Shown here one piece after another: positions 22,440 through 38,823 of a stretch of 64,000 nt of DNA. Each line of letters opens with the position of its first letter. Position 1 is the stretch's first letter. Both the position numbers and the translations under genes were made by a program. This stretch comes from an uncultured delta proteobacterium (lineage in GTDB: Bacteria > Myxococcota_A > Polyangia > Haliangiales > Haliangiaceae). The stretch lies in NCBI GenBank assembly GCA_963774445.1, contig CAVZFC010000035.1, forward strand, positions 5,470-69,469. Direction: 5' to 3'. Under the pieces are notes generated by a model. The model ran no database searches. It was not told the DNA's origin and worked only from the letters and a program-made list of their open reading frames with translations.

Positions 22440-23354
22440 ATGAAGAGAATTAGCGCGCACGTCGTGGGTGCGGCCGTCCTGGTCGCGGGGTTGGTGCTCG
22501 CTCAGCCGGCGCAGGCCGGCAATGGGCGAAGCGCTCTGGCGCGGCTTCCGGCCGACACCGCCATGGTGCTGACCATCAATGTAGACCGGGCCAAGGGGTC
22601 GGGGATGTTCAAGGACGTCCTGGCCATGGCCAAGAAGAACGCCGATACCGCCAAGGGGCTCGACCTGCTCAAGGCGCAGGCGCAGTTCGACGTTGCCAAG
22701 GACCTGAAGACCGTCGTCATCGGCTTCGACAAGGACTTCCAGACCAACGAGCACGCGGTCCTGGTGGTCGAGGGCAACTTCGACGCCAAGAAGATCATGG
22801 CGTTCGCCAAGACCACGGCCAAGGTCGCCAGCGCCAAGCACCGCGGCGTTTCGTACTACAAGGTCGACAACGACGCCGAAGTGATGTTCGGCAAGGGCTA
22901 CATGATCATGACCAAGGGCGGTCACATGGACAGGGTCATCGACACCCAGAAGAGCCGCAAGAGCATCACCTCGAACAAGGCGTTCATGCGCCACTACAAG
23001 GGCGCCGACACCGGCAAGGACTTCTGGTTCGTCGGGCTGGTCCCGGCCTCGGCCAAGAACCAGATGATGGGCATGAACCTGGACGCCATCGTCGCCAGCG
23101 TCAACATCGCCAAGGGCCTGGTCGCCAAGATCCGGCTGGCCGCCGCCGACGCCGCTACCGCGCAGTCGATGGCGACGATGATGCAGGCCGGCCTGGCCCA
23201 GGGCTCGAGCGATGCCACCATCAAGTCGCTCGGCCTGGGTGACGCGATCAAGAAGGTCACCATCAAGGCCAACGCCGCCAACGTCAACGTGGGCGTCAAC
23301 CTCAACGACGCCGAGCTGGCCAAGATCAAGGGTCTGCTCAAGTCCTTCATGTAA
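22440..23354 (+). CDS. secreted Lys-rich hypothetical protein (possibly DUF3352-like)
   Basis: A GGAGGAG RBS precedes the ATG. The signal peptide is MKRISAHVVGAAVLVAGLVLAQPAQA. The protein is unusually Lys-rich and lower in GC than the surrounding genes. Confidence 0.55.
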   Translation: MKRISAHVVGAAVLVAGLVLAQPAQAGNGRSALARLPADTAMVLTINVDRAKGSGMFKDVLAMAKKNADTAKGLDLLKAQAQFDVAKDLKTVVIGFDKDFQTNEHAVLVVEGNFDAKKIMAFAKTTAKVASAKHRGVSYYKVDNDAEVMFGKGYMIMTKGGHMDRVIDTQKSRKSITSNKAFMRHYKGADTGKDFWFVGLVPASAKNQMMGMNLDAIVASVNIAKGLVAKIRLAAADAATAQSMATMMQAGLAQGSSDATIKSLGLGDAIKKVTIKANAANVNVGVNLNDAELAKIKGLLKSFM

Positions 23355-23482
23355 GGCGCTACTCGGCGCAACCGTGGCGGGCGCCCTCCGGGGCGCCCGT
23401 TCTGCGTTTCGGCGTGCGCGTGACGTTCGCTCAAACCGGCAGCACCTTGCCCCGTCAGCGCTGACGGTCTAACGTCCAGGCG

Positions 23483-25747
<2,265 letters not shown>

Positions 25748-25859
25748 ATCCCCCTCGCAGGTGGCGCGGGTCCGATCCGGAAAAAGTCGGACAGGGCGCC
25801 CCGCGACCTACGTGGTAGGCTGGCGCTCCGATAGGGCATTTCAGCCGGGAGGAAGACCG

Positions 25860-27395
<1,536 letters not shown>

Positions 27396-27475
27396 CGCTC
27401 CCCGCGCGCCGAAGGCGTGGGGGGGGGCGGAGCGGCCCTGCGGCGCCTCGGTCCGGATCCGCGACCGGGTGCGAG

Positions 27476-28432
<957 letters not shown>

Positions 28433-28492
28433 CTCGTTACTCTACACGGCGTGGACTGGTTATAGTCGCCGCAAACCGAGGAGGAGAGACCG

Positions 28493-29254
28493 ATGAAGCT
28501 TCAGGAATCCAGCGCAATCGTCACCGGTGGCGCGTCCGGCCTGGGGGCGGCCACCGCGCGGCGGCTGGCCGCGGGCGGCGCTCGCGTGGTCGTGGTCGAC
28601 CGCGACGAGGACAAGGGCAAGGCGCTCGCCGCCGAGCTCGAAGGCGGTTCGTTCGCCCAGGCCGACGTCACCGACCCCGCCCAGGTGCAAGCGGCCCTCG
28701 AGGCGGCGGGCCAGCTGGCCCCGCTGCGAGTGGCCGTCAGCTGCGCTGGAGTCGGCTGGGCCTCGCGCACGCTCAACAAGCAGGGCGAACCGCACGCCCT
28801 CGACCTGTTCGAGACGGTGATTCGCATCAACCTGATCGGCACGTTCAACGTGCTGCGGCTGGCAGCGGCGGCGATGGCCAAGAACGACCCGGTGGACGGT
28901 GAGCGAGGCGTCATCGTCAACACCGCGTCGGTCGCGGCGTTCGAGGGCCAGGTCGGCCAGATCGCCTACGCGTCGTCCAAGGCCGGCGTCGTGGGCATGA
29001 CCCTGCCGGCGGCGCGCGATCTGGCGCCGGTCGGCATCCGCGTCTGCACCATCGCCCCGGGCATCTTCGACACGCCGATGCTGGGCACGCTGCCCGAAGA
29101 GGTGCGCCAGGCGCTGGCGGCCAACGTCGTCTTCCCCAAGCGCCTCGGCGACCCGGCCGAGTACGCCAACGCGGTGGCGTTCGCCGTCAACGCCGGCTAC
29201 CTCAACGGTGAGGTCATCCGGCTCGACGGAGCCCTGCGAATGCAGCCCAAATGA
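28493..29254 (+). CDS. SDR family oxidoreductase (3-hydroxyacyl-CoA dehydrogenase type-2-like)
   Basis: Motifs TGGASGLG and YASSKAG, and an HSD17B10-like sequence throughout. An RBS (GAGGAGGAG) precedes the start. Confidence 0.85.
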   Translation: MKLQESSAIVTGGASGLGAATARRLAAGGARVVVVDRDEDKGKALAAELEGGSFAQADVTDPAQVQAALEAAGQLAPLRVAVSCAGVGWASRTLNKQGEPHALDLFETVIRINLIGTFNVLRLAAAAMAKNDPVDGERGVIVNTASVAAFEGQVGQIAYASSKAGVVGMTLPAARDLAPVGIRVCTIAPGIFDTPMLGTLPEEVRQALAANVVFPKRLGDPAEYANAVAFAVNAGYLNGEVIRLDGALRMQPK

Positions 29255-30203
29255 TCGACGCCGCCTTGGGCGCGGGGGCCTCGGCCGCCGGCTTGGACGG
29301 CGGCACCCGGGTGGCCTGGTGGCCGCGGGCGGCCAGCTGGGCGAGGACGCCGTCGTCGCCAAATAGATGACCCGCGCCCACGGCGATGAAGACGTTGCCC
29401 CCTTCGAGGTACTGCTCGATCTCGGGTACCCACTTGGTGTTGCGGTCCTTGAGGATCGGGTCGTCCTCGTCGCCCTTCATGTCGTCCTGGAACAGCGTGA
29501 CGAAGCGGTCCAGGTCGCCGGTGCGGTAGGCGTCGACCACGTCGCGCAGGTTCTTCTGGTTCTTGTCGAACTCGTCGATCGCTTCTTTCAGATCGTCGAG
29601 GTCGCTGGTGTTCTCGATGGCGTTGATCTGATCCTCGGCGGTCTCGAGCTGGCCCAGGGTGATGCCGTGCTGCTTGGCGTAGCCGAGGAACTCGAGCTCC
29701 ATCGACTTCGACGGATCGACGCCGACCACCTGGAGCAGCATGGCGGCGAGCCACGGCTTCATCTTGGTCAGCACGGCCGGCGGCAGCTTGGTCAGCTTGG
29801 TCAGCACGGCCCAGCGCTCCGGCCCGAGCTGGTGTTCGAGATCCGGCCCGTCCTTGATCATCGCCCGGCCGATCAGCGCCATCTGATCGATCGACGTCGG
29901 ATCGATCTCCAGCACCAGCTGCTTGCACGAGGTGAACGACGACCAGACTACCGGATCCAGGTCGTCCTTGGCCGACACTTCCATGTGAATGGTGCCGAAC
30001 AAGTAGACCGGGCCGGTCTTGCCCTCGAGCCGGTAGAGGAACGGTCCCTTCGGCGACGGCGCCTTTTTGGCGACCGGCGCCCGAGCCTTGTCGGGCGTCT
30101 TCGACGTGGGCGCGGCGGGGCCGGGGGCAGAGGAGCCGCCGCAACCGGCGTAGAGGACGAACGAGACAGCGAGCGCGAACCCGCGCCTACGGCGAGACTT
30201 CAT
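29214..30203 (-). CDS. TraB/GumN family lipoprotein
   Basis: Lipobox YAGC, and the C-terminal FIAVGAGHLFGDDGV TraB motif. Start is placed at the internal ATG (MKSRRRRGF). Confidence 0.65.
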   Translation of the reverse strand: MKSRRRRGFALAVSFVLYAGCGGSSAPGPAAPTSKTPDKARAPVAKKAPSPKGPFLYRLEGKTGPVYLFGTIHMEVSAKDDLDPVVWSSFTSCKQLVLEIDPTSIDQMALIGRAMIKDGPDLEHQLGPERWAVLTKLTKLPPAVLTKMKPWLAAMLLQVVGVDPSKSMELEFLGYAKQHGITLGQLETAEDQINAIENTSDLDDLKEAIDEFDKNQKNLRDVVDAYRTGDLDRFVTLFQDDMKGDEDDPILKDRNTKWVPEIEQYLEGGNVFIAVGAGHLFGDDGVLAQLAARGHQATRVPPSKPAAEAPAPKAASIIWAAFAGLRRAG

Positions 30204-30271
30204 GGCCGAGATAGTAGCCAAACTCGGCCGACATGCACGCCCTAGTGTCCCGACCCGGGCGTAGTGATTCG

Positions 30272-31840
30272 TCAATACCAGGCGGTGATGCCCAGGCTCA
30301 TCAGCACATAGCCGGATTGGTAGGTGCCGGCGTTGAACGGGCTCTCGAGCTGGTTGCGCGAGCCGCGCAGCGGCTGGCCGGGATCCGGCTGGATCCGGTC
30401 GGCGAACGGGATATCGGCGCCGCCCGGGCCGCAGCCGGTCATCTCCACCGTCGGCCCGTCGGGCGGCAGGCAGGGCGCCACGGTGATGTCCGGCTCGAGC
30501 GAGGCGCCGCCGCCGAGGTCAATCCGGTAGTGCCGGGTTTCGAACGCCAGACCGCCGGTCAGGGTAGTGCGCGCCTTGCCGTCGATGTCGACCCGGGTCC
30601 AGCTGTCGGGGGCGGCGGCGGTGTCGTAAGCGGCGCCCGCGCGGAGAATCAATCGGTTGTCGCCCACGTCGATGGCGTACGAGCCGCCCAGTCGGGTCAA
30701 CAGGACGTCGCGGAAACCGTGGCGGTTGAGGCTCTCGTTGAGCGGCAGCAGGCCGCCGTTGGTGTCGACCTGGCCGTCGACCTGGATGATGGTGTTGCTG
30801 GCGTGGGACCACTGCTCCCAGCGGAAGTCGAGCTCGACGTCGGCGCGCTCGCGGCCGCGGTGATCGCGGGCGATGAAGCGGCCGCCCACGCTGAGCATCT
30901 GCGGCACATCGATGTACAGGCACGCCTTGAGCTTGTCGATCTCGCCGCCTTTCTGGCAGCGGGCGTACTGGTCGTCGACCGGGATGGTGCGCAGCCCCTG
31001 AATGATGCCGCCGCCGACCATCGAGTTGCCGGTGCCCTTGGAGCGGACGTGTACCGGCGCGTAGTAGCTGGCGCCCAGCTCGAACGCCGTGGCCGGGCGA
31101 TAGAGCGCGCCGAGCCCGAACGACGGCACGAACGGATCCTTCGCGTGCAGGGTGAAGACGCTGTCGGAGCCGGGCGCCTCCTCGTAGTTGCGCACCGACC
31201 AGACCGCTTTGCGCCCGCTCGTGGTGGCGTACCCCCACGACACTCGCGCGCCGAGGTCGAGCGACGACAGCGGCGAGTAGGCGACCGCCAGCGACGGCAG
31301 CACCGTGGTCGCGGTCTGTTCGATGATGTCGTAGCGCTGCGGCGCCGGCGCCGGATCGGCGATGCCGGGCAAGTCGACCTGCAGCGGGTATTTGCGCGCC
31401 GGATAGCCCTGCGGCGTGAACAGCCCGAAGCCGAAGCGCAAGGGCCACTCGGGGTGGCCCAGGTCGGTGGAGATGACGATGCTCGGTGTCGCCTGGAAGC
31501 CGCCGATGCCGAAGCTCGGCTTGGACTGGTCCTCGATCACCGGGTACGGCTGCCCTTCGTAGGCGGGGCCCATCGCGCCGGTCAACTCGTAGCTACCGTA
31601 GCGGGCAAAGCGCATGTGGTAATCGACGAAGTTCGCGCCGGTGAGCACGACCATCCCGTCCATCTTGGCGAAGCCGGCCGGGTTGTGCGCCATCGCGCTG
31701 GGGTCGTCGGCCTTGGCCACGAACGCGCCCGCGCGCGCCTGCGCCTGCGGCCCGGCGCCGGGCACGATGAATCCACCGGCACGCGCGACCGCGGGCGACA
31801 TGGCGAGCGCCACGACGCCCGCGAACCACAACTGCTTCAT
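30272..31840 (-). CDS. outer-membrane beta-barrel protein (FadL/OmpP1-like)
   Basis: Signal peptide MKQLWFAGVVALAMSPAVARA, alternating beta-strand pattern, and an aromatic C-terminal residue (..AWY). Confidence 0.6.
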   Translation of the reverse strand: MKQLWFAGVVALAMSPAVARAGGFIVPGAGPQAQARAGAFVAKADDPSAMAHNPAGFAKMDGMVVLTGANFVDYHMRFARYGSYELTGAMGPAYEGQPYPVIEDQSKPSFGIGGFQATPSIVISTDLGHPEWPLRFGFGLFTPQGYPARKYPLQVDLPGIADPAPAPQRYDIIEQTATTVLPSLAVAYSPLSSLDLGARVSWGYATTSGRKAVWSVRNYEEAPGSDSVFTLHAKDPFVPSFGLGALYRPATAFELGASYYAPVHVRSKGTGNSMVGGGIIQGLRTIPVDDQYARCQKGGEIDKLKACLYIDVPQMLSVGGRFIARDHRGRERADVELDFRWEQWSHASNTIIQVDGQVDTNGGLLPLNESLNRHGFRDVLLTRLGGSYAIDVGDNRLILRAGAAYDTAAAPDSWTRVDIDGKARTTLTGGLAFETRHYRIDLGGGASLEPDITVAPCLPPDGPTVEMTGCGPGGADIPFADRIQPDPGQPLRGSRNQLESPFNAGTYQSGYVLMSLGITAWY

Positions 31841-31877
31841 CCCCCGATGGCCTCCGGGGCCAGTATACACGTCGAGA

Positions 31878-32789
31878 CTAGGTCGGACGGCGGCGCGGCG
31901 GCAGGAACCATACCGGGCTGCGTCCAACGCGGTGGCGGAGCAGCAGCGGCACGGCGAAGAAGCCGGAGGCCCCGGCGTAGAACAGGCAGGTGTAGAGCAC
32001 CTGGCCGTTGGCCGGCGTCCCGGGGAAGAAGAAGCGGACCATCAGCAGCGCGACCGCGATGTTGCGCACGGTGACCTCGATGCCGACCGCGACCGTGTCG
32101 TCGTCGTAGCGCCGGGCCAGGCGACAGGCCAGCGGCACCAGCACGCCGATCGTGGTGCCGAAGAGCAGGATGAGTAGCGGTGGCGTCGCGCCGTACTCGA
32201 GCACCTTGATCCGGCCGCTGCCAAGGGCGCTGATGGTGATGAGGATGATCAGCAGCAGGCTGCCGCGAATCGCCCAGCGCGACAGGCCCGGCGCCAGCCG
32301 CGGCAGGTTGCGATAGATCACCATGCCCAGCGCCAGTGGCACGAGCAGGTAGGCGAAGATCTCGATGACGATCCGGTGGATGGGAAAGACGAAGTCGGGC
32401 GGCATGTACGACTCGGCGGTCAGGCGCAGCACCAGCGGCACCGTGGCGATGCAGCCGAGGGTGGCGACCACGGTCATGCTGATCGACAGCGGTGTGTTGC
32501 CGCGGCCGAGAAAGGTCAAGAGGTTGGAGAAGGCGCCGCCCGGCACCGCCGACACCAGCAGCAGGCCGACCGCCCAGCCCTCGGACATGCCGAAGATGCG
32601 GGTGAAGCCGAGCGCGATCAGCGGTACGCAGACGATCTGCAGGAACAGCCCCAGCACCAGGCCACGCGGATCGCGGGCGATGCCGGCGAAGTCGCCGGGG
32701 CTGAGCGTCGCGCCCATCCCCAGCATGGCCAGCGCCAGCTGCAGGGGGACCAGGTAGGCCTCGACGAACGCGTGGAGCTCTGCGAGCAA
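31878..32789 (-). CDS. bile acid:sodium symporter (BASS) family transporter
   Basis: About 10 TM helices with BASS-like pattern throughout. Confidence 0.8.
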   Translation of the reverse strand: MLAELHAFVEAYLVPLQLALAMLGMGATLSPGDFAGIARDPRGLVLGLFLQIVCVPLIALGFTRIFGMSEGWAVGLLLVSAVPGGAFSNLLTFLGRGNTPLSISMTVVATLGCIATVPLVLRLTAESYMPPDFVFPIHRIVIEIFAYLLVPLALGMVIYRNLPRLAPGLSRWAIRGSLLLIILITISALGSGRIKVLEYGATPPLLILLFGTTIGVLVPLACRLARRYDDDTVAVGIEVTVRNIAVALLMVRFFFPGTPANGQVLYTCLFYAGASGFFAVPLLLRHRVGRSPVWFLPPRRRPT

Positions 32790-32798
32790 GACCCGAGT

Positions 32799-33974
32799 CT
32801 ACATGTCGCCGGCGTACGCGCGTTCGTAGACGGCGCGGATGTCATCCGCGTCGGCGGGCCGCGGGTTGGTCGCCAGGTAGGCCTTCTCGTCGGCGGCGCG
32901 CGGCGTGAGCTCGGCGATCAGCGCGGCGTCGGCGGCGCCGGGCACATCGGCCAGCCGGTCGGGGATGCCGACGGCGGCGCGGAGCTCGCGCACCCAGCCG
33001 AGCACGGCGTCGTGGCCCGGCGCGGCCAGGCCCAGGTGCTCGGCCAGGCGCTCCATTGGCGCCGCGATCGCCGGTCGGTTGTACTGCAAGACGTAGGGCA
33101 GGAGCACCGCGTTGGCCAGGCCGTGGTGGGTGCCGGTGAGCGCGCCCAGCGGGTGGGCCATGGCGTGGACCAGGCCGAGCCCCTTGTGAAAGGCGATCGC
33201 CGCCATGCTGGCGGCGGTCATCATGTCGGTGCGGGCGGCGGCGTTGGACGGCTCGCGGTAAGCCAGTGGCAGCGCGTCACCGATCAAGCGGATCGCTTCC
33301 ATCGCCACGCCGTCGGCGATCGGGTTGTAGGCCGGGGAGCAGAGCGCCTCGAGGGCGTGGGTCAGCGCGTCCATGCCGGTGCCGGCGGTCAGCGCGCGGG
33401 GCAGGCCGAAAGTCACCTCTGGATCGGCGAGGACTGCGACCGGCGTCAGCGCGGGGTGGAGCAGGGTGCGCTTGACGCCCTGCTCGTGATCGGTGACCAC
33501 GGCGCCGGAGCTCATCTCCGAGCCGCTGCCCGACGTGGTCGGCATCGCCACCATCGGCGGCAACAGCGCGGCGCGAAACTCGCGGTGGGCGGTGCCGCGC
33601 GCCAGCTCGTACTCGAACAGCGGCGCCGGATGGGTGGCGGCGAGCGCGATCGCCTTGCCGGCGTCCATCACCGAGCCACCACCGATCAGCACCAGGCCGT
33701 CGGGCTGGTGGGCGCGGTAGCGCTCGACGCCGGCGAGCACGTTGGCGAGATCGGGGTTCGGCTCGACGTGGGAGAAGAACTCGATCTCCATGCTGGCGGC
33801 CAGCTTCTCGGCCAGCTTGATGAACCAGGGCAGGGCGGCGATCCCCTGGTCGGTGACCACCAGTGGGCGGCGGATGCCGGCGCCCGCGACGAGCCTGGGC
33901 AGCTCCAGGCGGCGGCCGCAGCCGAGCCGGTAGTTGACGTGGAAGCGGAAGTTCGCCTGGGCGGCGTCGATCAT
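32799..33974 (-). CDS. iron-containing alcohol dehydrogenase
   Basis: Motifs GGGSVMDAGKAIA and the metal-binding His cluster (HAMAHPLG...H). Start is placed at the internal ATG (MIDAAQANF). Confidence 0.8.
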   Translation of the reverse strand: MIDAAQANFRFHVNYRLGCGRRLELPRLVAGAGIRRPLVVTDQGIAALPWFIKLAEKLAASMEIEFFSHVEPNPDLANVLAGVERYRAHQPDGLVLIGGGSVMDAGKAIALAATHPAPLFEYELARGTAHREFRAALLPPMVAMPTTSGSGSEMSSGAVVTDHEQGVKRTLLHPALTPVAVLADPEVTFGLPRALTAGTGMDALTHALEALCSPAYNPIADGVAMEAIRLIGDALPLAYREPSNAAARTDMMTAASMAAIAFHKGLGLVHAMAHPLGALTGTHHGLANAVLLPYVLQYNRPAIAAPMERLAEHLGLAAPGHDAVLGWVRELRAAVGIPDRLADVPGAADAALIAELTPRAADEKAYLATNPRPADADDIRAVYERAYAGDM

Positions 33975-34185
33975 CGGAGCGAGCTTACGATCCCTTCCGG
34001 CAGTGGGGCATTCTGGGGCGGTGGCAACTCGAGTGGCCGGTCTGCTGTGCCCAGTGCGCCGGGTGCGGCGCGACGTCGCCACCTGATTTCAGATAGTTGC
34101 AGGGATTGCGCAGCTGGCACGGATCCGGCTATAGCAATCACCGTCATAAGCGCGGGGCCCCGCCGAGCGGTTCCCCGGGTATTTG

Positions 34186-34228
34186 GACGAGCGATCCTCC
34201 CCTTGGGTCGCTCGTCTTGTTTTTCGGG
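34186..34228 (+). terminator. intrinsic-terminator-like hairpin (GACGAGCGA-13 nt loop-TCGCTCGTC) followed by TTGTTTTTC, in the tex leader
   Basis: A perfect 9-bp stem followed by a T-tract lies on the plus strand about 20 bp upstream of the tex start. No plus-strand gene lies upstream. Confidence 0.4.
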
Positions 34229-34246
34229 ACCGCGCGTCGGTAGCCT

Positions 34247-36550
<2,304 letters not shown>

Positions 36551-36564
36551 GCTATCATTGATCG

Positions 36565-38823
36565 ATGCGCTGTGCGGTCGTCCTGGCAGCCGGCGCGCTG
36601 GTTGCCGGCTGTGGTAGCGACCACGGCGACGAGCGTGTGGGTCGCGATGGCTCGGTGATGCAGGTCGCCGAGGCTCCTTCGACGGTACGTATCGACGCGG
36701 GAGTGCCGCCGCTGGAGCGGTCGTTGTTCGACCTGGTCAACAACCGTCTGCTGGTCCACCGCGAGCGTGGCGACGCGGTGGTGATCGATGCCGGGTCGCC
36801 CACGTTCGCCCGCAACACCCGCTTCCACCGCTTCCACCGTCCCACGCACTGGCACCTGGGGCGTCACGTCGGCGACGTGGCGGTGGCAAAGATGGAGCCG
36901 TACGCCGAGCTGGTGATCCCGCTCGACGCCGATCGCGTGGCCGCGACCCGCGCGATCACCTTGCACATGTGGTCACCCGAGCGGCGGTCGCTGCGGGTGG
37001 CGATCAACCGCAACACCCACGACCGTGGGGTGTTCGTCGGTCACCTGGCCGCCGGCTGGCAGAACCTGACCGTGCCGGTGGTCGAGGGGATGCTGCACGC
37101 CGGTACCAACGTCCTCGCGCTGCGTGGCAGTCGCGACCTGGCGCTGTCGTGGGCACAGGTCGGTGGCGACCCGCCCGACGTCAACGCGCTGCCACCGATC
37201 CACGACGGCAACGCGCTGCTCTTGCGCGGCGGCGAGCGACTGGTCTACTACGTCTGGGTGCCGAAGAAGTCGGTGCTGCGCGGCCAGGTAGCGGGGCACG
37301 GTTGCCGGGTGTCGGTGCACGCGCGCACCGAGGACGGCGGCGAGGCCGAGGGGACGATGGGCGAGGGCGTCGAGTTGGGCGCGCTGGCAGGCAACGTGGC
37401 GCGGCTCGAGCTGGCGGCCAAGGGCTGCGACCAGGCGCGCCTGACCGACGCGGCCATCGCCGTGCCCGGCGACGAGCCGGAGCCCGCGCAAGGGCCGCCG
37501 CCCAAGTACGTCATCGTGTGGATGATGGACACCCTGCGCGGCGACAAGGTGCGCACGGTCAACCCGGATGCCCGCGCCGAGGTGCCCAACATGATGGAGC
37601 TGGCCAAGACCGGCGCCACCTTCCGCCAGTACTACACCCACGGCAACGAGTCGCAGACCTCGCACGCGTCGCTGTGGACGTCGCTGTTTCCGGTCAACCA
37701 CCACGTCATCACGTCGGGCCCGACCACGCACTACCAGCTGTCCAAACGGTTCGACGCCATCGGCCGGCAGATGAAAGAGGCCGGGCTGCGGACCATTGCC
37801 ACGACGTCGAACGGCACCATCACCAACTGGAGCGGCTACACCCGCAACTTCGACGTGTTCGACAACCTGATGCACGACGGCACCGGCAAGAAGCTGGGCT
37901 GGCGGGTGCCGGGCAACGTGGTGCTGGACCGGGCGTTCGCCAAGATCAAAGAGTCGGGCGGGCACGACGATCCGTTCTTCCTGTTCATCGGCACCACCGA
38001 CACGCACAAGCCGTGGTACGGCCACGAGCCGTGGCTGTCGCGTTACAGCCCCGACTACAAGGGCGAGTTCCAGACCCACGTGCTCAGCGCCCAGCTGGGC
38101 ATCCCCAAGGGGACCCACATCTGCAAGCGCAAGCTGAAGAAGCGCGACTTCGATCGCGTGCTCGCGATCTACGACTCGGGGGTGAGCTTTCAGGACGCGC
38201 AGCTGGGGCGGCTGGTCGATCAGCTGAAGAAGTGGGGTATCTTCGATCAGACGCTGCTCATCGCCACCGCCGACCACGGCGAGGAGCTGTGGGAGTACCC
38301 GCGCCGTTGCGGCCACGGTTCGTCGCTGCGCGAGAGCTTGATCCACGTGCCGCTGCTCATCCACTACCCAGCGCGTGTGCCGCACGCCATGGTCACCGAG
38401 GGCGTCGACGAGGTCGACATCTTGCCGACGATCCTCGACGCGCTGGGCCGGCCGGAAATGCCGGAGGCCCAGGGCGAGTCGCTGATCCCGCTGATCTCGG
38501 GGGTCGGGCGCGGCTATCCGCGGCCGTCGTACGCGACCATGAACGGCTGGTCGCACACCTTCCGCATGGATCACTGGAAGGCGACCATCGATGCGCGCGG
38601 CCAGCTGTTCCTGTTCGACGTCACCGCCGATCCGAATCAGCGCCACGACCTGGCCGACACCAAGCTGTACGAGCGGGCGATGCTGACCGATGCGCTGTCG
38701 CTGTTCGTGCCGCGCCGCGCGGTGTGGAAGAAGCGGCGCTGGGACGTGGCCTCCAACCTGCCGCCCGGAGCGGCCGACGAGATCGAGGCCGGTGAAAGCG
38801 GCGGAGCGGAGGCGCGCCGGTGA
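36565..38823 (+). CDS. sulfatase family lipoprotein with N-terminal extension
   Basis: Lipobox VAGC, sulfatase core (VIVWMMDTLRGD, ATADHGEELWEY, HVPLLIHYP), and an additional N-terminal domain of about 280 aa. Confidence 0.75.
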   Translation: MRCAVVLAAGALVAGCGSDHGDERVGRDGSVMQVAEAPSTVRIDAGVPPLERSLFDLVNNRLLVHRERGDAVVIDAGSPTFARNTRFHRFHRPTHWHLGRHVGDVAVAKMEPYAELVIPLDADRVAATRAITLHMWSPERRSLRVAINRNTHDRGVFVGHLAAGWQNLTVPVVEGMLHAGTNVLALRGSRDLALSWAQVGGDPPDVNALPPIHDGNALLLRGGERLVYYVWVPKKSVLRGQVAGHGCRVSVHARTEDGGEAEGTMGEGVELGALAGNVARLELAAKGCDQARLTDAAIAVPGDEPEPAQGPPPKYVIVWMMDTLRGDKVRTVNPDARAEVPNMMELAKTGATFRQYYTHGNESQTSHASLWTSLFPVNHHVITSGPTTHYQLSKRFDAIGRQMKEAGLRTIATTSNGTITNWSGYTRNFDVFDNLMHDGTGKKLGWRVPGNVVLDRAFAKIKESGGHDDPFFLFIGTTDTHKPWYGHEPWLSRYSPDYKGEFQTHVLSAQLGIPKGTHICKRKLKKRDFDRVLAIYDSGVSFQDAQLGRLVDQLKKWGIFDQTLLIATADHGEELWEYPRRCGHGSSLRESLIHVPLLIHYPARVPHAMVTEGVDEVDILPTILDALGRPEMPEAQGESLIPLISGVGRGYPRPSYATMNGWSHTFRMDHWKATIDARGQLFLFDVTADPNQRHDLADTKLYERAMLTDALSLFVPRRAVWKKRRWDVASNLPPGAADEIEAGESGGAEARR

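Noticed and set aside
27419-27427. G9 homopolymer between the convergent ALDH and ornithine cyclodeaminase genes
   Set aside because: It is intergenic, downstream of both genes, with no start codon or promoter context, so it is unlikely to be a phase-variation switch. It may simply be an indel-prone site.
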